Below are positions 1 to 7,319 of a stretch of 64,000 bases of DNA, one piece after another. The notes beneath the pieces were generated by a model. It saw only the letters and a program-made list of their open reading frames with translations, was not told where the DNA came from and made no database searches. A program made the position numbers and the translations under genes. Numbering within the stretch: the stretch's first letter is position 1; each line of letters starts with the position of its first letter. Location of the stretch: positions 207,365 through 271,364 of the forward strand of contig JBLNBO010000022.1 of the NCBI GenBank assembly GCA_050260055.1. Reading direction: 5' to 3'. The DNA comes from Ignavibacteriales bacterium (GTDB taxonomy: Bacteria > Bacillota > Clostridia > Acetivibrionales > UBA4821).

Positions 1-1608
1 AGTATAAATATTAAAGTCTTAAATGGTGTAACTATTTCTTATAAAATATCTATAGATTCAACCATAACTATTAAAATATTTGATAACCTGAAGAATCTTG
101 TCCGCATCATGGAAAAAGATATCGCTAAAAAGGCAGGAGCAAACTCCATTGTTTGGGATGGAAAAGATGACTCGGGAGTAGTTGTAGATAACGGTACTTA
201 CACATATAATATTACTGCAAAAAGTATATACGGAATTCTGTCTACTCCAGCTACAGGGATTATTGTGGTAGGAGATTGTCCCCAAATATCTTCAGTGAGC
301 GATTCTCCAGACCCATTTGATCCAAATACTCAAGATACAAGCGTTATTACCTTCAGATTGTCGGAAAAATCAATAGTGACGCTCCAGATATTTGACTCTT
401 CAGGTAACCTTGTTAAAACACTAATTGATAATGAACTTGAAGCTGGGATTAAAACAGCTTCATGGAATGGAAACGATCAAAACGGTCAGTGCGTGAGCAA
501 TGGTGCATATGTCTATTATATAAATGCAGTAAATGCTGAAGGCAAAAAAGCTCAACAGGTTTCTGGAACCATTAACATTGGAGAAGAATTGCCCTCATTA
601 TTCTCGTTGGGTTATAATCCTACTACATTGAATCCAAATAACTCTTATCTGCATATAAGCTATGTACTGACAAAATCAGGTAGAATTACAATAGATATAT
701 TTGACCCATCCAGCAATTTATTAGAAAGAATTGATGATCGCACTATAAAAGCTGCAGGACAAGATGAATCTACATGGGAGGGAAGGGATTCTTTAGGAGT
801 GCCGGTAAAAAGCGGGACATATAAGTTTGTGATTACTCTGGAAAGCTTATCTGGCCAAAAGATTGATACCAGAACTGTAAATTTTTCAGTAGTTAGCGAA
901 ACCGTTTTGCCTCCTACTATAACTAATGCAAAATTTGAACCAAACCCATTTAATCCTTCAACAAGCAGTAATGGTAAATTCACATTTACCCTCCCGAGAA
1001 TTGCTTATGTAACACTGCAAATATTCAATAGTTCAAATGAACTTGTGAGAACTGTTGCAGATAAAAAACAATCTCCTATAGCAAGTGAAATCTTCTGGGA
1101 TGGCAGTGATTCTTCTGGAAATATTGTCCCTGCCGGAGCGTACACTTATAAAATTGTTGCGGCTGATGAAACAGGATTATCAACTTCTCCTGTTACTGGC
1201 ATAATAACAGTTCTAGGGCCAATAATACCTGATGAGAAAAAACCTGTTGTGTCAAATATTAGTGCCAGCCCGAATCCGTTCAATCCTGATACCAATCAGC
1301 AAAGCAAGATTCAGTATTCGATTTCGATTGGAGCACCTGTTAAAATTACCATTTTAAATCAAAGTGGAAATTTGGTTGATACATTATTTGATGGCTCAGT
1401 AAATGCTGGGATTAATTCGGTAGTATGGGATGGTAAAAACAGTAGTGGGACAATTGTTAGCAGCGGCCAATATACATGTAAGATTCAGGCGTTTGATTCA
1501 TCAGGCCAGGCCGCAAGCGAGGTTTCGGGAACAATTCTAATTGATAAGGAACCTCCAAGTATAAATATTAATGATGTAGATCCAAATCCTTTTGCTCCAA
1601 TTGAATAG
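1..1608 (+). CDS. FlgD-type Ig-like repeat surface/secreted protein (5'-partial; frame is open from base 1)
   Basis: Repeated ~105-aa modules with P(N/D)PFNP...I.I(F/L)D..GNLV.TL...WDG.D..G..V..G.Y.Y.I.A; no stop in frame 1 upstream of ATG 109. Confidence 0.8.
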   Translation, partial: SINIKVLNGVTISYKISIDSTITIKIFDNLKNLVRIMEKDIAKKAGANSIVWDGKDDSGVVVDNGTYTYNITAKSIYGILSTPATGIIVVGDCPQISSVSDSPDPFDPNTQDTSVITFRLSEKSIVTLQIFDSSGNLVKTLIDNELEAGIKTASWNGNDQNGQCVSNGAYVYYINAVNAEGKKAQQVSGTINIGEELPSLFSLGYNPTTLNPNNSYLHISYVLTKSGRITIDIFDPSSNLLERIDDRTIKAAGQDESTWEGRDSLGVPVKSGTYKFVITLESLSGQKIDTRTVNFSVVSETVLPPTITNAKFEPNPFNPSTSSNGKFTFTLPRIAYVTLQIFNSSNELVRTVADKKQSPIASEIFWDGSDSSGNIVPAGAYTYKIVAADETGLSTSPVTGIITVLGPIIPDEKKPVVSNISASPNPFNPDTNQQSKIQYSISIGAPVKITILNQSGNLVDTLFDGSVNAGINSVVWDGKNSSGTIVSSGQYTCKIQAFDSSGQAASEVSGTILIDKEPPSININDVDPNPFAPIE

Positions 1609-1637
1609 ACACACTTGAGGGTATAATAACTTTAGAG

Positions 1638-1686
1638 CGTAAATAAGCAAAATTGCAGTTATAATTTTGCTTATTTACGCTTTTTT
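1638..1686 (+). terminator. Intrinsic terminator
   Basis: gcgtaaataagcaaaatt...aattttgcttatttacgc hairpin followed by a T-run. Confidence 0.7.
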
Positions 1687-1778
1687 ACACTTTTTTTACA
1701 CTTCAATCACAAATTTAAACAGATTTGTTGCTAAAATAAACTTATAGACCATAACCTACGAGAAAAGGAGGACCGGAA

Positions 1779-2276
1779 ATGAAAAGAAAGCTATTTCTAC
1801 TTATACTTTGTTGTTTGTTCATATTTTCATTTAGTTTAGTTTCTTTTGCATCTAATAACAAAAGCGACAAACGGGTAAAAGCCAGAGTTGAAATGCAAGA
1901 AGAAAATGTTCAGCCCCAAAGTGTTTGCCAAAGCGTTTATCAAAGTGTTTATGCAAGAGAAGGATTTATACGTTCCATAAGCGCAACTGAGATTGTAGTT
2001 GGCAAAAAGAATATGGCTGATGAGACGTTGAAAATTAACACACAAACTGTTTTTAAGAATGTAAAGGCGAAACAAAAAACAGCTGTGCTTGCAGAACTAA
2101 AAGTAGGTATGAAGGTTCTTGTTAAATTTGATGAGAACAGAAATGCAACATTGATTAAGATTTTGCCCCAAAAAACAGAAAAAATAAGTAAGGATACAAA
2201 GGGCAAAAAAGCCTTAAAACACGAAAAGGCTAAAGTAAAAAACCACGCAAAGAAGAGTGGAAAAAAGAATAAATAA
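1779..2276 (+). CDS. Secreted hypothetical protein with Lys-rich C-terminus
   Basis: RBS aggagg; N-terminal signal peptide MKRKLFLLILCCLFIFSFSLVSFAS; small beta-rich domain. Confidence 0.7.
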   Translation: MKRKLFLLILCCLFIFSFSLVSFASNNKSDKRVKARVEMQEENVQPQSVCQSVYQSVYAREGFIRSISATEIVVGKKNMADETLKINTQTVFKNVKAKQKTAVLAELKVGMKVLVKFDENRNATLIKILPQKTEKISKDTKGKKALKHEKAKVKNHAKKSGKKNK

Positions 2277-2282
2277 TTATAT

Positions 2283-2323
2283 AAAAAGAAAGCAGTGAAA
2301 TTATATTTCACTGCTTTCTTTTT
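2283..2323. terminator. Bidirectional intrinsic terminator
   Basis: aaaaagaaagcagtgaaa-ttata-tttcactgctttcttttt between convergent CDS and tRNAs. Confidence 0.8.
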
Positions 2324-2406
2324 GGTGGAGGGGGATGGATTTGAACCATCGAAGCTATCGCAACAGATTTACAGTCTGCCCCCTTTGGCCACTCGGGAAC
2401 CCCTCC
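2323..2406 (-). tRNA. tRNA-Tyr (GUA)
   Basis: Reverse complement GGAGGGGTTCCCGAGTGGCCAAAGGGGGCAGACTGTAAATCTG...GGTTCAAATCC...CCA; long variable arm. Confidence 0.95.
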
Positions 2407-2411
2407 ATTTT

Positions 2412-2487
2412 TGGTGGGCCCTTAGGGATTCGAACCCCAGACCAACCGGTTATGAGCCGGCCGCTCTACCAACTGAGCTAAAGGCCC
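2412..2487 (-). tRNA. tRNA with CAU anticodon, most likely tRNA-Ile2 (lysidine)
   Basis: Reverse complement GGGCCTTTAGCTCAGTTGGTAGAGCGGCCGGCTCATAACCGG...GGTTCGAATCCC...CCA; GGGCC acceptor stem typical of Ile tRNAs. Confidence 0.9.
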
Positions 2488-2506
2488 GTTTCGTGACGCA
2501 AGTTAT

Positions 2507-2535
2507 AGTATAAGACAAAAGTAAACTACTGTCAA
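2507..2535 (-). promoter_or_regulatory. Sigma-A promoter of the tRNA pair
   Basis: TTGACA-17 nt-TATACT on the minus strand just upstream of tRNA-Ile. Confidence 0.8.
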
Positions 2536-2596
2536 GGGATAAAACCTAAAAAAGTATAGTTAAAATGTTCCGATTCAATGTATAATTGCTTAGCAA

Positions 2597-3691
2597 TTAT
2601 ACATTGAATCGGAAAAGCACAACATCTCCATCTTGGAAAACATATTCCTTACCCTCTGAGCGAACCAATCCTTTTTCTTTTGCTGATGATATTGAACCCT
2701 GTTTTACAAGGTCATCAAATGAAATTACTTCAGCTCTGATGAAGCCCTTCTCAAAATCGCTGTGAATCTTTCCGGCTGCTTGAGGAGCTTTAGTTCCTTT
2801 TGTAATTGTCCAAGCTCTGACTTCTGGAGTACCTGCAGTAAGGTAGCTTATAAGTCCAAGAAGCTTATATCCTGCTTGAATAAGCTTGTCCAAACCTGAT
2901 TGAGATAATCCCAAATCTTCTAAAAAAGCTTTGCGGTCATCTTCATCAAGTGAAGCAATTTCTTCTTCTATGTTTGCACATATAGAAATTACTTCTGAGC
3001 CTTCTTGCTTAGCAAAATCAAGCAATTTATTATAGTGCTGGTTCTGTTCCGGCTTTGCAACATCATCTTCAGAGATATTGGCAACATATAATACGGGCTT
3101 TGAAGTCAGCAAAAATACCGATTCGACAATTTCCTTTTCCTCATCGTTCATTGACATGGTACGAACCGATTTTCCGCTTTCAAGAGTAGTTTTTACTTTT
3201 TCGAGAGTTTCAAGTTCTGCCAGAAACTTCTTATCTCCTGATTTCATAGCCTTTTTAGTTCTGTCGATTCTTCTTTCAAGGGTTTCCATGTCTGAGAATA
3301 TCAGTTCAAGGTTTATTGTTTCAATATCGCGGAGAGGGTCAACACTGCCGTCTACATGGACAATGTTTGAATTCTCAAAACAGCGGACAACGTGCACTAT
3401 TGCATCAACTTCCCTGATATGTGAAAGAAACTTATTTCCAAGACCTTCGCCTTTGCTGGCACCTTTAACAAGACCTGCAATATCTACAAACTCAACAACT
3501 GCAGGGGTTACTTTTTCAGGGTTATACATTTCCGACAGAATATTTAGCCTTTCATCAGGTACGCTAACTATTCCGACGTTTGGTTCTATTGTGCAAAAAG
3601 GATAATTGGCGCATTCAGCCCCAGCCTTTGTAATTGCATTAAATAAAGTACTTTTGCCGACATTCGGCAGTCCTACAATTCCTAATTTCAT
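2597..3691 (-). CDS. ychF: Redox-regulated Obg-family ATPase YchF
   Basis: GIVGLPNVGKST, NYPFCTIEPN, DIAGLVKGASKGEGLGNKFL, C-terminal TGS domain. Confidence 0.98.
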   Translation of the reverse strand: MKLGIVGLPNVGKSTLFNAITKAGAECANYPFCTIEPNVGIVSVPDERLNILSEMYNPEKVTPAVVEFVDIAGLVKGASKGEGLGNKFLSHIREVDAIVHVVRCFENSNIVHVDGSVDPLRDIETINLELIFSDMETLERRIDRTKKAMKSGDKKFLAELETLEKVKTTLESGKSVRTMSMNDEEKEIVESVFLLTSKPVLYVANISEDDVAKPEQNQHYNKLLDFAKQEGSEVISICANIEEEIASLDEDDRKAFLEDLGLSQSGLDKLIQAGYKLLGLISYLTAGTPEVRAWTITKGTKAPQAAGKIHSDFEKGFIRAEVISFDDLVKQGSISSAKEKGLVRSEGKEYVFQDGDVVLFRFNV

Positions 3692-3962
3692 AGTAATTAC
3701 CTCATATATTCAAAGTGAAATCATTATACATTAATTAGCTGGTTAAAAACAATATTTATTTAAAAGCAAATAAAATATACAGTTATAAAGTATCACATAA
3801 AAAAAGACAGTATTTGACAAAAAAATCTAATCAGCGTATAATCAAAGGTAAGGTAATAGTCAACAACGATTCTTGTACTGGCTCAAGTATTTAATTACAA
3901 GGGAAAAGACAATTTCATTTTAGCTGATAGAGTTCAGAATTTTGTAATGAGGGGTGAGTATA

Positions 3963-4937
3963 GTGGAGGAAGCTAAAAGATGTAATAGCGCTGCACCAAA
4001 GAAAGAGACTATAAAAGGCCCAGATGGTAAAGTATTATATAATTATATAGGTTATGATCCCCAAAAAGCAGAGAAGGCAGGACTTGTAGGGTCTCCAATT
4101 GAAATATTTGAAGTCAAAGGTCCCAATGACTTCAGAGTAAGCGAAGTTAGAGTTGTAAAAGATGGCCAGTCACTATCCCGTTCATCCGGTTATACTAGTT
4201 TAAGTGATGGGAATTTAAATATTACTATTAATAGCGATATTCTTAGACAATGTTATGGGATACAAACAGAATATGATACCTTATATGAGGGGAATAAAAT
4301 TACATTTGGTATGCTGAAATGGGGTACAAGACCTGAGGTCTCCGGGTTATATATAAAAGTTGAGGATGCAGCAGGAAATAAATCGCAAATAGCAACAGCT
4401 GATAAAAAAATTGATGAAGAATACCTAAGGGGCTGGGATGATAAAGTCTATACAGAAATATCCGGAGACAAAGCTGAAGAACATATAGAAGTAGTAAGAG
4501 CTATGTTAAAAAAATCACAAGGACAGGATGAAAGAATAAATATTCTCAGGGGAGTTTTTAATGTACTAGAAAATAAGGAAATGGACGGAATAGTATTCAA
4601 CAGAGGGTACGGCAGAAATACAGCTGCTAAAACTACTAATATGCAAAGATGCATTTTGGATAAGCTATCAGGCGATTTTGACAAAATCATTGGACCCACT
4701 ATGAAGAAATTTAATGGATTGCCTCGTACAAATATAGAAGAGGTGCACGATGAATTAAAGGGTATTAAACAAGCGGCACATAAATTTATTAAGAGTGGCA
4801 AACCTGAAAAGGCTCTTACTCTAGTTCCTGGAGCTATAGAAAATTCAGCGGATAAGCCAGTTGTGGAAGTTTCAAGGAATAAGCCGAAGAAGCCGACTGC
4901 GTATGGGCTAAAAAGAACGCTTAGAGATACTAGATAG
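3963..4937 (+). CDS. Hypothetical protein (accessory island)
   Basis: ~324-aa ORF; GTG start 6 nt after gaggggtg; TTGACA..TATAAT upstream; terminator downstream; no recognised motif. Confidence 0.65.
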   Translation: MEEAKRCNSAAPKKETIKGPDGKVLYNYIGYDPQKAEKAGLVGSPIEIFEVKGPNDFRVSEVRVVKDGQSLSRSSGYTSLSDGNLNITINSDILRQCYGIQTEYDTLYEGNKITFGMLKWGTRPEVSGLYIKVEDAAGNKSQIATADKKIDEEYLRGWDDKVYTEISGDKAEEHIEVVRAMLKKSQGQDERINILRGVFNVLENKEMDGIVFNRGYGRNTAAKTTNMQRCILDKLSGDFDKIIGPTMKKFNGLPRTNIEEVHDELKGIKQAAHKFIKSGKPEKALTLVPGAIENSADKPVVEVSRNKPKKPTAYGLKRTLRDTR

Positions 4938-5009
4938 CCTTGAATATAGCAGCGTTTCCCAAATATCAAAGCATCAAGTAAAAATATTTTATTATAAATG
5001 CGGTTAACA

Positions 5010-5037
5010 GGGAAAGGTTTAAACCTTTCCTTTTTTC
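5010..5037 (+). terminator. Intrinsic terminator
   Basis: ggaaaggttt-aaacctttcc followed by T-run. Confidence 0.65.
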
Positions 5038-5120
5038 TATTCCATTAAAAGCAAATAAAAGACTTTTACACAAGTAAGGAAATATATTTTTGTGCAACTT
5101 ATCAATAGAAGCAGATTGCT

Positions 5121-5285
5121 AAAGATGATATAATTAAATTATCAATCTCTTTTATTAATAATTGCTTTTATGTCACACTCTTATTTGAGTAGCCAGGTTA
5201 TGCTTTATGAGGATTATTTCTTCTTGCATGATTTTTGCTGCTCTTTTTGCTGCAATGGTTGTAATCAATTTTATTAAATTGAAAA
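5121..5285 (+). ncRNA. Putative structured 5' leader, copy A (with -10 box TATAAT)
   Basis: Clearly alignable with 5781-5935; long stem gagtagc-caggttatgc / gcatgatt-tt-gctgctc followed by T5. Confidence 0.55.
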
Positions 5286-5304
5286 TAAGAAAGGGGAAAA
5301 GAAA

Positions 5305-5640
5305 ATGGTTTTTACAGCGACACAATTTGAAGAGGAAGTTCAAAAGAATCCAGTTGTAATTGATGGGTTTACTCCTGCGATTGATGCAGCTCTTCAAGCA
5401 GCAGCTAAGAAAAGAGAAAAAGAAACTAAAGTTAAGGTTTGTTTTCCGGATAAAATAATGCATGATATTCTCGAAATAAAGGACAAGTTAAAAAAAGAAT
5501 ATGAGAATGCCGGATATACTGTATCTTGGGAAACTAAGCCTTATTACGACTATCATGATGGCCCTGGGCCGCATTATCCTGAAGTCAACTCGGATGAAGA
5601 AGGCTGGTTTGCAACTCTAATATTGCGAGTCAGAAATTGA
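5305..5640 (+). CDS. Hypothetical protein, 111 aa
   Basis: RBS aaagggga, own promoter, leader and terminator. Confidence 0.75.
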   Translation: MVFTATQFEEEVQKNPVVIDGFTPAIDAALQAAAKKREKETKVKVCFPDKIMHDILEIKDKLKKEYENAGYTVSWETKPYYDYHDGPGPHYPEVNSDEEGWFATLILRVRN

Positions 5641-5644
5641 AGTT

Positions 5645-5686
5645 AAAACAAATGAACCCCGGTTAAGCCGAGGTTCATTTGTTTTT
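5645..5686 (+). terminator. Intrinsic terminator
   Basis: aaaacaaatgaacc-ccggttaagccg-aggttcatttgttttt. Confidence 0.8.
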
Positions 5687-5780
5687 TAAGCCAAATTAAT
5701 ACTATTGATTATTAAAGTATCTTTATAATATTAACATTTCTAAAATCCTGAGCTCTGCCAATATATAGACATAAATGGGA

Positions 5781-5935
5781 AAAGATGATATAATAAAAAG
5801 AACGACACTCTCGTTTTTATCATGTTTTTATGTCTAGCTCCATAATTGAGCAGTCAGGTTGTGCCTTGTAAAGATTTTCTTTCTGCATAATTGGCTGTTT
5901 TTTCATGCAGTGGACTAGGCGCTCATTGAGTGTCA
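5781..5935 (+). ncRNA. Putative structured 5' leader, copy B
   Basis: Homologous to 5121-5285; stem gagcagtcaggttgtgc / gcataattggctgttt; outer stem gacactc/gagtgtc. Confidence 0.55.
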
Positions 5936-5967
5936 AAATTTCGGAAAAAGGAAAGGGGATTACACAA

Positions 5968-6588
5968 ATGAAGAATTTGGGTTGCAATTGGGAAAAAGGA
6001 TTTTATGCTCCGGAGGCTGTTGACACAAGCAGTGTCGTATTACCCGATGAACTTCTGCCATTGTGCAATGTGCTTGCGAAAAATTCACACGACATTTGGG
6101 CAGCCAAAAGACTGTCAGAGGGTGTGACCTATGGAAATGGAGAGAACCAAAACCCGTATCTGGTTCCTTTTGAACTCCTTGACGATGAGGAAAAGAAGGT
6201 TAACCTGATAACCATACAGGAACCCATTAAAATTCTTATGCTGATGGGATTCGATGTAACTCCGCCTGCGCAGCTGCCGGTGGCTGAACTCCAAACCATC
6301 GAAGCATTCAAGCCCGAACCCATTGATATTTCCGGCATTGTTATCGATGAAGCGCTGGAAGCGGCTGCTGATGCAATTGCATACAACGCACACGAAGTAT
6401 GGTCCATTGACCGGCTCCAAGCTGGCTGGATTTGGGCAGAAGTTAGGGATAATGATAAAAAGTTACATCCCTTGCTGAAGCCTTTTGAGGAGCTTACCGA
6501 AAACGATAAGTCCTACGATAAAGACTTAGCTTTCGGAAACCTCAAGGCAATTGTTGCTTTGGGAGGCTCGATTGTAAAGAGACAGTAG
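5968..6588 (+). CDS. Stand-alone tandem RyR (ryanodine receptor repeat) domain protein
   Basis: Two repeats: LAKNSHDIWAAKRLSEGVTYG..NPYLVPFELL.EEK and IAYNAHEVWSIDRLQAGW.W...DNDKKLHPLLKPFEEL.E.DKSYD; RBS aaagggga before ATG 5968. Confidence 0.85.
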   Translation: MKNLGCNWEKGFYAPEAVDTSSVVLPDELLPLCNVLAKNSHDIWAAKRLSEGVTYGNGENQNPYLVPFELLDDEEKKVNLITIQEPIKILMLMGFDVTPPAQLPVAELQTIEAFKPEPIDISGIVIDEALEAAADAIAYNAHEVWSIDRLQAGWIWAEVRDNDKKLHPLLKPFEELTENDKSYDKDLAFGNLKAIVALGGSIVKRQ

Positions 6589-6601
6589 TAAAAATAAGCA
6601 G

Positions 6602-6640
6602 TAAATAACAAGACCGCCCATAGGGCGGTCTTGTTATTTA
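6602..6640. terminator. Bidirectional terminator
   Basis: taaataacaagaccgccc-ata-gggcggtcttgttattta between convergent RyR and Nudix genes. Confidence 0.85.
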
Positions 6641-7158
6641 CAACATAATTCATTTAGCAGTAACAATTCTTCCTTTGCAGTCCCATCAAAACTATTCTGT
6701 AGGAAATTTTCAAAATAAGCTGTAATGCTGCTGCCCATTTTTTGAAGGAAACAGCCTCCAACCTCAGCTGGAAAATGCAGCGCATTATATGAGCCTTTTA
6801 AAATTTCAAGCAATTCCTCCCAGGTTACTTCATAGGCAAAAGAATGAATATTAGCTTGCTGGTCTGAGAATGTCGCCAGCGGATTCATACGTTCAGGCCT
6901 AATTTCGTATCCGATTTCTTCATAAGCCTCGCGAATTACACCATCCATGATTTCTTCATCTGATTCAATATTTCCGCCAATAAAACCAATTTTACCATTG
7001 TAACGCATACACATTAATGTCATTGGCAGTACTAAAGATCTATTATCTTCTTCTTTATCAAGATAGTTCTCAAATGGTTTTCCATGCTTTGTGTAAATGC
7101 ATACAAATCCATGCTGCTTTTTTTCTTTTTCGCGTTTGCCTAGAAAATCTCTTTCCAT
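6634..7158 (-). CDS. Nudix hydrolase, NUDT16 (U8 snoRNA-decapping / IDP phosphatase)-like
   Basis: Nudix box GGNIESDEEIMDGVIREAYEEIG; LMCMRYNGKIGFIGG and FLQNSFDGTAKEELL resemble NUDT16 motifs. Confidence 0.8.
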   Translation of the reverse strand: MERDFLGKREKEKKQHGFVCIYTKHGKPFENYLDKEEDNRSLVLPMTLMCMRYNGKIGFIGGNIESDEEIMDGVIREAYEEIGYEIRPERMNPLATFSDQQANIHSFAYEVTWEELLEILKGSYNALHFPAEVGGCFLQKMGSSITAYFENFLQNSFDGTAKEELLLLNELCCK

Positions 7159-7319
7159 TTTTACATCCCCTTTCTTAAACTTTCCCGTATTTTAAAGCCA
7201 TCCTTTGATTTACTGTACATGTTTGGACGTGATTATCACTCCTAGCTTTTCAATAATTACAAACACAATTTAGTGCTGTATTAATTTGTATGTTATATGA
7301 AGGTTTATAAAACACTTTG

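Noticed and set aside
1-2487. tRNA-anchored integrated element next to tRNA-Tyr
   Set aside because: No integrase and no duplicated tRNA 3' end are visible in the window.
2295-2513. 72-aa plus-strand ORF
   Set aside because: It is the antisense reading of the two tRNA genes.
5905-5967. Longer N-terminus of the RyR protein (similarly the extended starts at 10409, 10558, 41689, 53432 and 55988)
   Set aside because: Strong RBSs sit directly before downstream ATGs (5968, 10370, 10621, 41755, 53465, 56090), and the 5905 extension overlaps the structured leader.
5121-6640. Integron-like cassette array (attC sites)
   Set aside because: The repeated segments lie downstream of promoters as 5' leaders, lack RYYYAAC/GTTRRRY ends, and there is no integron integrase.
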